Origin: Nemertoderma westbladi
Taxonomy: Eukaryota > Animalia > Xenacoelomorpha
DNA: 64,000 bases
Assembly (NCBI GenBank): GCA_032718475.1
Contig: JAUCBJ010007554.1
Span: forward strand, 62,001-126,000
Direction: 5' to 3'
The notes beneath the pieces are model-generated. The model saw only the letters and a list, made by a program, of their open reading frames with translations, was not told the DNA's origin and did not search any database. The number at the start of each line of letters is the position of its first letter. Position 1 is the stretch's first letter. Below are positions 37,850 through 53,726 of this stretch, piece by piece. Both the position numbers and the translations under genes were made by a program.

Positions 37850-40800
37850 GCTGATATTGTGTAACAAGTAACGGCTGATATTGTGTAACAAGTAACGTCT
37901 GATATTGTGTAACAAGTAACGTCTGATATTGTGTAACAAAGAACGTCTGATATTGTGTAACAAGTAACGTCTGATATTGTGTAACAAGTAACGGCTGATA
38001 ATGTGTAACAATTAACGTCTGATATTGTGTAACAAGTAACGTCTGATATTGTGTAACAAGTAACGTCTGATATTGTGTAACAAGTAACGTCTGATATTGT
38101 GTAACAAAGAACGTCTGATATTGTGTAACAAGTAACGTCTGATATTGTGTAACAAGTAACGTCTGATATTGTGTAACAAGTAACGGCTGATATTGTGTAA
38201 CAAGTAACGTCTGATATTGTGTAACAAGTAACGTCTGATATTGTGTAACAAGTAACGTCTGATATTGTGTAACAAGTAACGTCTGATATTGTGTAACAAG
38301 TAACGTCTGATATTGTGTAACAAGTAACGGCTGATAATGTGTAACAATTAACGTCTGATATTGTGTAACAAGTAACGTCTGATATTGTGTAACAAAGAAC
38401 GTCTGATATTGTGTAACAAGTAACGTCTGATATTGTGTAACAAGTAACGTCTGATATTGTGTAACAAGTAACGTCTGATATTGTGTAACAAGTAACGTCT
38501 GATAATATGTAACAAAGAACGTCTGATATTGTGTAACAAGTAACGTCTGATAATGTGTAACAAAGAACGTCTGATATTGTGTAACAAGTAACGTCTGATA
38601 TTGTGTAACAAGTAACGTCTGATATTGTGTAACAAGTAACGTCTGATAATATGTAACAAAGAACGTCTGATATTGTGTAACAAGTAACGTCTGATAATGT
38701 GTAACAAAGAACGTCTGATATTGTGTAACAAGTAACGTCTGATATTGTGTAACAAGTAACGTCTGATATTGTGTAACAAGTAACGTCTGATATTGTGTAA
38801 CAAGTAACGGCTGATATTGTGTAACAAGTAACGTCTGATATTGTGTAACAAAGAACGTCTGATATTGTGTAACAAGTAACGTCTGATATTGTGTAACAAG
38901 TAACGTCTGATATTGTGTAACAAGTAACGTCTGATATTGTGTAACAAGTAACGTCTGATAATATGTAACAAAGAACGTCTGATATTGTGTAACAAGTAAC
39001 GTCTGATATTGTGTAACAAGTAACGTCTGATATTGTGTAACAAGTAACGTCTGATATTGTGTAACAAGTAACGGCTGATATTGTGTAACAAGTAACGTCT
39101 GATATTGTGTAACAAGTAACGTCTGATATTGTGTAACAAGTAACGTCTGATATTGTGTAACAAGTAACGTCTGATATTGTGTAACAAGTAACGTCTGATA
39201 TTGTGTAACAAGTAACGTCTGATATTGTGTAACAAGTAACGTCTGATATTGTGTAACAAGTAACGGCTGATATTGTGTAACAAGTAACGTCTGATATTGT
39301 GTAACAAAGAACGTCTGATATTGTGTAACAAGTAACGTCTGATATTGTGTAACAAGTAACGTCTGATATTGTGTAACAAGTAACGTCTGATATTGTGTAA
39401 CAAGTAACGTCTGATATTGTGTAACAAGTAACGTCTGATAATATGTAACAAAGAACGTCTGATATTGTGTAACAAGTAACGTCTGATAATGTGTAACAAA
39501 GAACGTCTGATATTGTGTAACAAGTAACGTCTGATATTGTGTAACAAGTAACGTCTGATATTGTGTAACAAGTAACGTCTGATATTGTGTAACAAGTAAC
39601 GTCTGATATTGTGTAACAAGTAACGTCTGATATTGTGTAACAAGTAACGGCTGATATTGTGTAACAAGTAACGTCTGATATTGTGTAACAAAGAACGTCT
39701 GATATTGTGTAACAAGTAACGTCTGATATTGTGTAACAAGTAACGTCTGATATTGTGTAACAAGTAACGTCTGATATTGTGTAACAAGTAACGTCTGATA
39801 ATATGTAACAAAGAACGTCTGATATTGTGTAACAAGTAACGTCTGATAATGTGTAACAAAGAACGTCTGATATTGTGTAACAAGTAACGTCTGATATTGT
39901 GTAACAAGTAACGTCTGATATTGTGTAACAAGTAACGTCTGATATTGTGTAACAAGTAACGGCTGATATTGTGTAACAAGTAACGTCTGATATTGTGTAA
40001 CAAAGAACGTCTGATATTGTGTAACAAGTAACGTCTGATATTGTGTAACAAGTAACGTCTGATATTGTGTAACAAGTAACGTCTGATAATATGTAACAAA
40101 GAACGTCTGATATTGTGTAACAAGTAACGTCTGATATTGTGTAACAAAGAACGTCTGATATTGTGTAACAAGTAACGTCTGATATTGTGTAACAAGTAAC
40201 GTCTGATATTGTGTAACAAAGAACGTCTGATATTGTGTAACAAAGAACGTCTGATATTGTGTAACAAAGAACGTCTGATATTGTGTAACAAGTAACGTCT
40301 GATATTGTGTAACAAGTAACGTCTGATATTGTGTAACAAAGAACGTCTGATAATGTGTAACAAAGAACGTCTGATATTGTGTAACAAAGAACGTCTGATA
40401 ATATGTAACAAAGAACGTCTGATATTGTGTAACAAAGAACGTCTGATATTGTGTAACAAGTAACGTCTGATATTGTGTAACAAGTAACGTCTGATAATAT
40501 GTAACAAAGAACGTCTGATATTGTGTAACAAGTAACGTCTGATATTGTGTAACAAGTAACGTCTGATAATATGTAACAAAGAACGTCTGATATTGTGTAA
40601 CAAAGAACGTCTGATATTGTGTAACAAGTAACGTCTGATATTGTGTAACAAGTAACGTCTGATATTGTGTAACAAAGAACGTCTGATAATGTGTAACAAG
40701 TAACGTCTGATATTATGTAACAAAGAACGTCTGATATTATGTAACAAAGAACGTCTGATATTGTGTAACAAAGAACGTCTGATATTATGTAACAAAGAAC

Positions 40801-43800
40801 GTCTGATATTGTGTAACAAAGAACGTCTGATATTGTGTAACAAAGAACGTCTGATATTATGTAACAAAGAACGTCTGATATTATGTAACAAAGAACGTCT
40901 GATATTGTGTAACAAAGAACGTCTGATATTGTGTAACAAAGAACGTCTGATATTATGTAACAAAGAACGTCTGATATTGTGTAACAAGTAACGTCTGATA
41001 ATATGTAACAAAGAACGTCTGATATTGTGTAACAAGTAACGTCTGGTATTGTGTAACAAGTAACGTCTGATATTGTGTAACAAAGAACGTCTGATATTGT
41101 GTAACAAAGAACGTCTGATATTATGTAACAAAGAACGTCTGATATTGTGTAACAAGTAACGTCTGATAATATGTAACAAAGAACGTCTGATATTGTGTAA
41201 CAAGTAACGTCTGATATTGTGTAACAAAGAACGTCTGATATTGTGTAACAAGTAACGTCTGATAATATGTAACAAAGAACGTCTGATATTGTGTAACAAG
41301 TAACGTCTGATATTGTGTAACAAAGAACGTCTGATATTGTGTAACAAAGAACGTCTGATATTATGTAACAAAGAACGTCTGATATTGTGTAACAAGTAAC
41401 GTCTGATAATATGTAACAAAGAACGTCTGATATTGTGTAACAAGTAACGTCTGATAATATGTAACAAAGAACGTCTGATATTGTGTAACAAGTAACGTCT
41501 GGTATTGTGTAACAAGTAACGTCTGATATTGTGTAACAAAGAACGTCTGATATTGTGTAACAAAGAACGTCTGATATTATGTAACAAAGAACGTCTGATA
41601 TTGTGTAACAAGTAACGGCTGATAATGTGTAACAAGTAACGGCTGATATTGTGTAACAAGTAACGTCTGATATTGTGTAACAAGTAACGTCTGATATTGT
41701 GTAACAAGTAACGGCTGATATTGTGTAACAAGTAACGTCTGATATTGTGTAACAAGTAACGTCTGATATTGTGTAACAATTAACGTCTGATATTGTGTAA
41801 CAAAGAACGTCTGATATTATGTAACAAAGAACGTCTGATATTGTGTAACAAGTAACGTCTGATAATATGTAACAAAGAACGTCTGATATTGTGTAACAAG
41901 TAACGTCTGATAATATGTAACAAAGAACGTCTGATATTGTGTAACAAGTAACGTCTGGTATTGTGTAACAAGTAACGTCTGATATTGTGTAACAAAGAAC
42001 GTCTGATATTGTGTAACAAAGAACGTCTGATATTATGTAACAAAGAACGTCTGATATTGTGTAACAAGTAACGGCTGATAATGTGTAACAAGTAACGGCT
42101 GATATTGTGTAACAAGTAACGTCTGATATTGTGTAACAAGTAACGTCTGATATTGTGTAACAATTAACGTCTGATATTGTGTAACAAGTAACGTCTGATA
42201 TTGTGTAACAAAGAACGTCTGATATTATGTAACAAAGAACGTCTGATATTGTGTAACAAGTAACGGCTGATAATGTGTAACAAGTAACGGCTGATATTGT
42301 GTAACAAGTAACGTCTGATATTGTGTAACAAGTAACGTCTGATATTGTGTAACAAGTAACGTCTGATATTGTGTAACAATTAACGTCTGATATTGTGTAA
42401 CAAGTAACGTCTGATATTGTGTAACAAGTAACGTCTGATATTGTGTAACAAGTAACGTCTGATATTATGTAACAAAGAACGTCTGATATTATGTAACAAA
42501 GAACGTCTGATATTATGTAACAAAGAACGTCTGATATTGTGTAACAAGTAACGTCTGATAATATGTAACAAAGAACGTCTGATATTATGTAACAAAGAAC
42601 GTCTGATATTATGTAACAAAGAACGTCTGATATTGTGTAACAAAGAACGTCTGATATTGTGTAACAAAGAACGTCTGATATTATGTAACAAAGAACGTCT
42701 GATATTGTGTAACAAGTAACGTCTGATATTGTGTAACAAGTAACGTCTGATAATATGTAACAAAGAACGTCTGATATTGTGTAACAAGTAACGTCTGGTA
42801 TTGTGTAACAAGTAACGTCTGATATTGTGTAACAAAGAACGTCTGATATTGTGTAACAAAGAACGTCTGATATTATGTAACAAAGAACGTCTGATATTGT
42901 GTAACAAGTAACGTCTGATAATATGTAACAAAGAACGTCTGATATTGTGTAACAAGTAACGTCTGATATTGTGTAACAAAGAACGTCTGATATTGTGTAA
43001 CAAGTAACGTCTGATAATATGTAACAAAGAACGTCTGATATTATGTAACAAAGAACGTCTGATATTATGTAACAAAGAACGTCTGATATTGTGTAACAAA
43101 GAACGTCTGATATTATGTAACAAAGAACGTCTGATATTGTGTAACAAGTAACGTCTGATAATATGTAACAAAGAACGTCTGATATTATGTAACAAAGAAC
43201 GTCTGATATTATGTAACAAAGAACGTCTGATATTGTGTAACAAAGAACGTCTGATATTGTGTAACAAAGAACGTCTGATATTATGTAACAAAGAACGTCT
43301 GATATTGTGTAACAAGTAACGTCTGATATTGTGTAACAAGTAACGTCTGATAATATGTAACAAAGAACGTCTGATATTGTGTAACAAGTAACGTCTGGTA
43401 TTGTGTAACAAGTAACGTCTGATATTGTGTAACAAAGAACGTCTGATATTGTGTAACAAAGAACGTCTGATATTATGTAACAAAGAACGTCTGATATTGT
43501 GTAACAAGTAACGTCTGATAATATGTAACAAAGAACGTCTGATATTGTGTAACAAGTAACGTCTGATATTGTGTAACAAAGAACGTCTGATATTGTGTAA
43601 CAAGTAACGTCTGATAATATGTAACAAAGAACGTCTGATATTATGTAACAAAGAACGTCTGATATTGTGTAACAAAGAACGTCTGATATTATGTAACAAA
43701 GAACGTCTGATATTGTGTAACAAAGAACGTCTGATATTATGTAACAAAGAACGTCTGATATTGTGTAACAAAGAACGTCTGATATTATGTAACAAAGAAC

Positions 43801-46800
43801 GTCTGATATTGTGTAACAAAGAACGTCTGATATTGTGTAACAAAGAACGTCTGATATTGTGTAACAAAGAACGTCTGATATTGTGTAACAAAGAACGTCT
43901 GATATTGTGTAACAAAGAACGTCTGATATTGTGTAACAAAGAACGTCTGATATTGTGTAACAAAGAACGTCTGATATTGTGTAACAAAGAACGTCTGATA
44001 TTGTGTAACAAGTAACGTCTGATATTGTGTAACAAGTAACGTCTGATATTGTGTAACAAGTAACGTCTGATAATATGTAACAAAGAACGTCTGATATTGT
44101 GTAACAAGTAACGTCTGATATTGTGTAACAAGTAACGTCTGATATTGTGTAACAAGAACGTCTGATATTGTGTAACAAGTAACGTCTGATATTGTGTAAC
44201 AAAGAACGTCTGATATTGTGTAACAAGTAACGTCTGATATTGTGTAACAAAGAACGTCTGATATTGTGTAACAAAGAACGTCTGATATTGTGTAACAAGT
44301 AACGTCTGATATTGTGTAACAAAGAACGTCTGATATTGTGTAACAAAGAACGTCTGATATTGTGTAACAAAGAACGTCTGATATTGTGTAACAAAGAACG
44401 TCTGATATTGTGTAACAAAGAACGTCTGATATTGTGTAACAAAGAACGTCTGATATTGTGTAACAAAGAACGTCTGATATTGTGTAACAAGTAACGTCTG
44501 ATATTGTGTAACAAAGAACGTCTGATATTGTGTAACAAAGAACGTCTGATATTGTGTAACAAAGAACGTCTGATATTGTGTAACAAAGAACGTCTGATAT
44601 TGTGTAACAAGTAACGTCTGATATTGTGTAACAAAGAACGTCTGATATTGTGTAACAAGTAACGTCTGATATTGTGTAACAAAGAACGTCTGATATTGTG
44701 TAACAAAGAACGTCTGATATTGTGTAACAAAGTAACGTCTGATATTGTGTAACAAAGAACGTCTGATATTGTGTAACAAAGAACGTCTGATATTGTGTAA
44801 CAAAGAACGTCTGATATTGTGTAACAAAGAACGTCTGATATTGTGTAACAAAGAACGTCTGATATTGTGTAACAAAGAACGTCTGATATTGTGTAACAAA
44901 GAACGTCTGATATTGTGTAACAAGTAACGTCTGATATTGTGTAACAAAGAACGTCTGATATTGTGTAACAAAGAACGTCTGATATTGTGTAACAAAGAAC
45001 GTCTGATATTGTGTAACAAAGAACGTCTGATATTGTGTAACAAGTAACGTCTGATATTGTGTAACAAAGAACGTCTGATATTGTGTAACAAAGAACGTCT
45101 GATATTGTGTAACAAAGAACGTCTGATATTGTGTAACAAAGAACGTCTGATATTGTGTAACAAAGAACGTCTGATATTGTGTAACAAAGAACGTCTGATA
45201 TTGTGTAACAAAGAACGTCTGATATTGTGTAACAAAGAACGTCTGATATTGTGTAACAAAGAACGTCTGATATTGTGTAACAAAGAACGTCTGATATTGT
45301 GTAACAAAGAACGTCTGATATTGTGTAACAAAGAACGTCTGATATTGTGTAACAAAGAACGTCTGATATTGTGTAACAAAGAACGTCTGATATTGTGTAA
45401 CAAAGAACGTCTGATATTGTGTAACAAAGAACGTCTGATATTGTGTAACAAAGAACGTCTGATATTGTGTAACAAAGAACGTCTGATATTGTGTAACAAA
45501 GAACGTCTGATATTGTGTAACAAAGAACGTCTGATATTGTGTAACAAAGAACGTCTGATATTGTGTAACAAAGAACGTCTGATATTGTGTAACAAAGAAC
45601 GTCTGATATTGTGTAACAAAGAACGTCTGATATTGTGTAACAAAGAACGTCTGATATTGTGTAACAAAGAACGTCTGATATTGTGTAACAAAGAACGTCT
45701 GATATTGTGTAACAAAGAACGTCTGATATTGTGTAACAAAGAACGTCTGATATTGTGTAACAAAGAACGTCTGATATTGTGTAACAAAGAACGTCTGATA
45801 TTGTGTAACAAAGAACGTCTGATATTGTGTAACAAAGAACGTCTGATATTGTGTAACAAAGAACGTCTGATATTGTGTAACAAAGAACGTCTGATATTGT
45901 GTAACAAAGAACGTCTGATATTGTGTAACAAAGAACGTCTGATATTGTGTAACAAAGAACGTCTGATATTGTGTAACAAAGAACGTCTGATATTGTGTAA
46001 CAAAGAACGTCTGATATTGTGTAACAAAGAACGTCTGATATTGTGTAACAAAGAACGTCTGATATTGTGTAACAAAGAACGTCTGATATTGTGTAACAAA
46101 GAACGTCTGATATTGTGTAACAAAGAACGTCTGATATTGTGTAACAAAGAACGTCTGATATTGTGTAACAAGTAACGTCTGATATTGTGTAACAAAGAAC
46201 GTCTGATATTGTGTAACAAGTAACGTCTGATATTGTGTAACAAGAACGTCTGATATTGTGTAACAAGTAACGTCTGATATTGTGTAACAAGTAACGTCTG
46301 ATATTATGTAACAAAGAACGTCTGATATTGTGTAACAAGTAACGTCTGATATTGTGTAACAAAGAACGTCTGATATTGTGTAACAAAGAACGTCTGATAT
46401 TGTGTAACAAAGAACGTCTGATATTGTGTAACAAAGAACGTCTGATAATATGTAACAAAGAACGTCTGATATTGTGTAACAAGTAACGTCTGATAATATG
46501 TAACAAAGAACGTCTGATATTGTGTAACAAGTAACGTCTGATATTGTGTAACAAGTAACGTCTGATATTGTGTAACAAGTAACGTCTGATATTGTGTAAC
46601 AAAGAACGTCTGATATTGTGTAACAAGTAACGTCTGATATTGTGTAACAAAGAACGTCTGATATTGTGTAACAAGTAACGTCTGATATTGTGTAACAAAG
46701 AACGTCTGATATTGTGTAACAAAGAACGTCTGATATTGTGTAACAAGTAACGTCTGATATTGTGTAACAAAGAACGTCTGATATTGTGTAACAAAGAACG

Positions 46801-49800
46801 TCTGATATTGTGTAACAAAGAACGTCTGATATTGTGTAACAAAGAACGTCTGATATTGTGTAACAAAGAACGTCTGATATTGTGTAACAAAGAACGTCTG
46901 ATATTGTGTAACAAAGAACGTCTGATATTGTGTAACAAAGAACGTCTGATATTGTGTAACAAAGAACGTCTGATATTGTGTAACAAAGAACGTCTGATAT
47001 TGTGTAACAAAGAACGTCTGATATTGTGTAACAAAGAACGTCTGATATTGTGTAACAAAGAACGTCTGATATTGTGTAACAAAGAACGTCTGATATTGTG
47101 TAACAAAGAACGTCTGATATTGTGTAACAAAGAACGTCTGATATTGTGTAACAAGTAACGTCTGATATTGTGTAACAAGTAACGTCTGATATTGTGTAAC
47201 AAGTAACGTCTGATAATATGTAACAAAGAACGTCTGATATTGTGTAACAAGTAACGTCTGATATTGTGTAACAAGTAACGTCTGATATTGTGTAACAAGT
47301 AACGTCTGATATTGTGTAACAAGTAACGTCTGATATTGTGTAACAAGTAACGTCTGATATTGTGTAACAAGTAACGTCTGATATTGTGTAACAAGTAACG
47401 TCTGATATTGTGTAACAAGTAACGTCTGATATTGTGTAACAAGTAACGTCTGATATTGTGTAACAAGTAACGTCTGATATTGTGTAACAAAGAACGTCTG
47501 ATATTGTGTAACAAAGAACGTCTGATATTGTGTAACAAAGAACGTCTGATATTGTGTAACAAAGAACGTCTGATATTGTGTAACAAAGAACGTCTGATAT
47601 TGTGTAACAAAGAACGTCTGATATTGTGTAACAAAGAACGTCTGATATTATGTAACAAAGAACGTCTGATATTGTGTAACAAGTAACGTCTGATATTGTG
47701 TAACAAAGAACGTCTGATATTGTGTAACAAAGAACGTCTGATATTGTGTAACAAAGAACGTCTGATATTGTGTAACAAGTAACGTCTGATATTGTGTAAC
47801 AAGTAACGTCTGATATTGTGTAACAAGTAACGTCTGATATTGTGTAACAAGTAACGTCTGATATTGTGTAACAAGTAACGTCTGATAATATGTAACAAAG
47901 AACGTCTGATATTGTGTAACAAAGAACGTCTGATATTGTGTAACAAAGAACGTCTGATATTGTGTAACAAAGAACGTCTGATATTGTGTAACAAAGAACG
48001 TCTGATATTGTGTAACAAAGAACGTCTGATATTGTGTAACAAAGAACGTCTGATATTATGTAACAAAGAACGTCTGATATTGTGTAACAAGTAACGTCTG
48101 ATAATATGTAACAAAGAACGTCTGATATTGTGTAACAAGTAACGTCTGATATTGTGTAACAAAGAACGTCTGATATTGTGTAACAAAGAACGTCTGATAT
48201 TGTGTAACAAGTAACGTCTGATATTGTGTAACAAAGAACGTCTGATATTGTGTAACAAGTAACGTCTGATATTGTGTAACAAAGAACGTCTGATATTGTG
48301 TAACAAAGAACGTCTGATATTGTGTAACAAAGAACGTCTGATATTGTGTAACAAAGAACGTCTGATATTATGTAACAAAGAACGTCTGATATTGTGTAAC
48401 AAGTAACGTCTGATATTGTGTAACAAAGAACGTCTGATATTGTGTAACAAAGAACGTCTGATATTGTGTAACAAAGAACGTCTGATATTGTGTAACAAAG
48501 AACGTCTGATATTGTGTAACAAAGAACGTCTGATATTGTGTAACAAAGAACGTCTGATATTGTGTAACAAAGAACGTCTGATATTGTGTAACAAGTAACG
48601 TCTGATATTGTGTAACAAGTAACGTCTGATATTGTGTAACAAAGAACGTCTGATAATATGTAACAAAGAACGTCTGATATTGTGTAACAAGTAACGTCTG
48701 ATATTGTGTAACAAAGAACGTCTGATATTGTGTAACAAGTAACGTCTGATATTGTGTAACAAAGAACGTCTGATATTGTGTAACAAAGAACGTCTGATAT
48801 TGTGTAACAAGTAACGTCTGATATTGTGTAACAAGTAACGTCTGATATTGTGTAACAAGTAACGTCTGATATTGTGTAACAAGTAACGTCTGATATTGTG
48901 TAACAAAGAACGTCTGATATTGTGTAACAAGTAACGTCTGATATTGTGTAACAAAGAACGTCTGATATTGTGTAACAAGTAACGTCTGATATTGTGTAAC
49001 AAAGAACGTCTGATATTATGTAACAAAGAACGTCTGATATTGTGTAACAAGTAACGTCTGATATTGTGTAACAAGTAACGTCTGATATTGTGTAACAAGT
49101 AACGTCTGATATTGTGTAACAAAGAACGTCTGATATTGTGTAACAAAGAACGTCTGATATTGTGTAACAAAGAACGTCTGATATTGTGTAACAAAGAACG
49201 TCTGATATTGTGTAACAAGTAACGTCTGATATTGTGTAACAAGTAACGTCTGATATTGTGTAACAAAGAACGTCTGATATTGTGTAACAAAGAACGTCTG
49301 ATATTGTGTAACAAAGAACGTCTGATATTGTGTAACAAAGAACGTCTGATATTGTGTAACAAGTAACGTCTGATATTGTGTAACAAGTAACGTCTGATAT
49401 TGTGTAACAAAGAACGTCTGATATTGTGTAACAAAGAACGTCTGATATTGTGTAACAAAGAACGTCTGATATTGTGTAACAAGTAACGTCTGATATTGTG
49501 TAACAAAGAACGTCTGATATTGTGTAACAAGTAACGTCTGATATTGTGTAACAAAGAACGTCTGATATTGTGTAACAAGTAACGTCTGATATTGTGTAAC
49601 AAAGAACGTCTGATATTGTGTAACAAAGAACGTCTGATATTGTGTAACAAGTAACGTCTGATATTGTGTAACAAAGAACGTCTGATATTGTGTAACAAGT
49701 AACGTCTGATATTGTGTAACAAGTAACGTCTGATATTGTGTAACAAAGAACGTCTGATATTGTGTAACAAAGAACGTCTGATATTGTGTAACAAGTAACG

Positions 49801-52596
49801 TCTGATATTGTGTAACAAGTAACGTCTGATATTGTGTAACAAAGAACGTCTGATATTGTGTAACAAAGAACGTCTGATATTGTGTAACAAGTAACGTCTG
49901 ATATTGTGTAACAAAGAACGTCTGATATTGTGTAACAAAGAACGTCTGATATTGTGTAACAAGTAACGTCTGATATTGTGTAACAAAGAACGTCTGATAT
50001 TGTGTAACAAGTAACGTCTGATAATATGTAACAAAGAACGTCTGATATTGTGTAACAAGTAACGTCTGATATTGTGTAACAAAGAACGTCTGATATTGTG
50101 TAACAAGTAACGTCTGATAATGTGTAACAAAGAACGTCTGATATTGTGTAACAAGTAACGTCTGATATTGTGTAACAAAGAACGTCTGATATTGTGTAAC
50201 AAGTAACGTCTGATATTGTGTAACAAAGAACGTCTGATATTGTGTAACAAGTAACGTCTGATATTGTGTAACAAAGAACGTCTGATATTGTGTAACAAGT
50301 AACGTCTGATATTGTGTAACAAGTAACGTCTGATATTGTGTAACAAAGAACGTCTGATATTGTGTAACAAGTAACGTCTGATATTGTGTAACAAAGAACG
50401 TCTGATATTGTGTAACAAGTAACGTCTGATATTGTGTAACAAGTAACGTCTGATATTGTGTAACAAGTAACGTCTGATATTGTGTAACAAGTAACGTCTG
50501 ATATTGTGTAACAAAGAACGTCTGATATTGTGTAACAAGTAACGTCTGATATTGTGTAACAAGTAACGTCTGATATTGTGTAACAAAGAACGTCTGATAT
50601 TGTGTAACAAGTAACGTCTGATATTGTGTAACAAAGAACGTCTGATATTGTGTAACAAGTAACGTCTGATATTGTGTAACAAGTAACGTCTGATATTGTG
50701 TAACAAGTAACGTCTGATATTGTGTAACAAAGAACGTCTGATATTGTGTAACAAGTAACGTCTGATATTGTGTAACAAAGAACGTCTGATATTGTGTAAC
50801 AAGTAACGTCTGATATTGTGTAACAAAGAACGTCTGATATTGTGTAACAAGTAACGTCTGATATTGTGTAACAAAGAACGTCTGATATTGTGTAACAAGT
50901 AACGTCTGATATTGTGTAACAAAGAACGTCTGATATTGTGTAACAAGTAACGTCTGATATTGTGTAACAAGTAACGTCTGATATTGTGTAACAAGTAACG
51001 TCTGATATTGTGTAACAAGTAACGTCTGATATTGTGTAACAAGTAACGTCTGATATTGTGTAACAAAGAACGTCTGATATTGTGTAACAAAGAACGTCTG
51101 ATATTGTGTAACAAGTAACGTCTGATATTGTGTAACAAAGAACGTCTGATATTGTGTAACAAGTAACGTCTGATATTGTGTAACAAGTAACGTCTGATAT
51201 TGTGTAACAAGTAACGTCTGATATTGTGTAACAAGTAACGTCTGATATTGTGTAACAAAGAACGTCTGATATTGTGTAACAAGTAACGTCTGATATTGTG
51301 TAACAAGTAACGTCTGATATTGTGTAACAAAGAACGTCTGATATTGTGTAACAAGTAACGTCTGATATTGTGTAACAAAGAACGTCTGATATTGTGTAAC
51401 AAGTAACGTCTGATATTGTGTAACAAGTAACGTCTGATATTGTGTAACAAGTAACGTCTGATATTGTGTAACAAGTAACGTCTGATATTGTGTAACAAGT
51501 AACGTCTGATATTGTGTAACAAGTAACGTCTGATATTGTGTAACAAGTAACGTCTGATATTGTGTAACAAGTAACGTCTGATATTGTGTAACAAGTAACG
51601 TCTGATATTGTGTAACAAGTAACGTCTGATATTGTGTAACAAGTAACGTCTGATATTGTGTAACAAGTAACGTCTGATATTGTGTAACAAGTAACGTCTG
51701 ATATTGTGTAACAAGTAACGTCTGATATTGTGTAACAAGTAACGTCTGATATTGTGTAACAAGTAACGTCTGATATTGTGTAACAAGTAACGTCTGATAT
51801 TGTGTAACAAGTAACGTCTGATATTGTGTAACAAGTAACGTCTGATATTGTGTAACAAGTAACGTCTGATATTGTGTAACAAGTAACGTCTGATATTGTG
51901 TAACAAGTAACGTCTGATATTGTGTAACAAGTAACGTCTGATATTGTGTAACAAGTAACGTCTGATATTGTGTAACAAGTAACGTCTGATATTGTGTAAC
52001 AAGTAACGTCTGATATTGTGTAACAAGTAACGTCTGATATTGTGTAACAAGTAACGTCTGATATTGTGTAACAAGTAACGTCTGATATTGTGTAACAAGT
52101 AACGTCTGATATTGTGTAACAAGTAACGTCTGATATTGTGTAACAAGTAACGTCTGATATTGTGTAACAAGTAACGTCTGATATTGTGTAACAAGTAACG
52201 TCTGATATTGTGTAACAAGTAACGTCTGATATTGTGTAACAAGTAACGTCTGATATTGTGTAACAAGTAACGTCTGATATTGTGTAACAAGTAACGTCTG
52301 ATATTGTGTAACAAGTAACGTCTGATATTGTGTAACAAGTAACGTCTGATATTGTGTAACAAGTAACGTCTGATAATGTGTAACAAGTAACGTCTGATAT
52401 TGTGTAACAAGTAACGTCTGATATTGTGTAACAAGTAACGTCTGATATTGTGTAACAAGTAACGTCTGATATTGTGTAACAAGTAACGTCTGATATTGTG
52501 TAACAAGTAACGTCTGATATTGTGTAACAAGTAACGTCTGATATTGTGTAACAAGTAACGTCTGATATTGTGTAACAAGTAACGTCTGTGTAACAA
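37850..52596. repeat. 24-bp satellite, ~14.7 kb (~610 copies)
   Basis: Unit AACAA[GT/AG]AACGTCTGATATTGTGT; accounts for all ORF calls between 37801 and 52596. Confidence 0.99.
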
Positions 52597-52834
52597 TAAG
52601 GAATTATTATTTATTTAATATAAATTTTTTCGTTGTATTTTCACCCCCAACCAGTACTTAAACTAATAGCAAGGACAACTCTGCCATTAACTCTTTTTGA
52701 TGTTTGATAAGCCTTTCAAATATTTATATATAGTGTAGGGCAGCTCATGTTGCAGCTTGTGATTTATAATAAATTAAATAGAAATCATGCTGTTTGACTT
52801 AAAACATAACTCATACAACTTCCAGCAATTACAT

Positions 52835-53540
52835 ACACCATGTCCTAGAATATAACATCGTTATTCAGGCAGGTACCGGCCCCCATTCTTCAACTTTAGT
52901 GATTTGTTGGTACTGTAAGAAAGCTGACCGTGCAAGAATTACAAATATGTAACACAATCTGATAGTAAACTATTAATAATTATTCATAATAATAATTATT
53001 ATTATATTATGAATTATTTATAATAATAATATTTATTATTATTATTATTGCTTATCGAGCAAATTAATAAATAAATCTTAATTTCGTCATAAAATAGCTG
53101 AGATATGGGAGTTATAATGTTACATGGTTTTGCATCTACGCGAGGCTATTTTATTCTATTTAATAAATACATCATATTACGGAACATATTGTTTATCTCA
53201 TACGTAGCTGGGCCACAATGCACCTCTTTAATCATACTATTACGTAGATATTCATACATAACAAAATGTTCCAGAATATAGTTTATTTATTTATTGTATA
53301 GAATAAAATAGCCTCGCTCAGTGCATACTCAAGCAACTTTTAACCGCTCATATTTCAGATATTTCATGACGAAAATCAGATTGTGTTACATAATATTTTG
53401 AATCCTTACACGACCAACAAATCATTAAACGAGGTTGAAGAATAATAACTGCGGTGAAACTGGTGCAATATCGACGGGGGGGGGGGGGGGATTGGCAGGT
53501 TCCTGAATAACGACACTGTATATTCTAAGCCATTTGTGTA
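52835..53540. mobile_element. Degenerate foldback/MITE-like element
   Basis: Nested inverted matches: CTAGAATATA..TCGTTATTCAGG / CCTGAATAACGA..TATATTCTA; ATGTAACACAATCTGA / TCAGATTGTGTTACAT; GCGAGGCTATTTTATTCTAT / ATAGAATAAAATAGCCTCGC. Confidence 0.75.
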
Positions 53541-53726
53541 CCGGAGTTAAAAGAAAATGAAGCATTTTAAAAAACCAATATAAAAACGGCCCTTCAGAAA
53601 TAAGTCTATTTTTGAACCGAAAAACAACTTAATTTATGATATGAACTAGAAATGAGTTAATTAAATTCACAAATTAATAAAAATTAGTTAAGTTTCTCAG
53701 TATTGTATCAACGTTATTCTCTGCAG

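Noticed and set aside
37801-52596. 4931-aa ORF and other long ORFs in the 24-bp satellite
   Set aside because: The unit is a multiple of 3 and its common forms lack minus-strand stops; starts are TTG and frames switch at indels. Artefact of the repeat.
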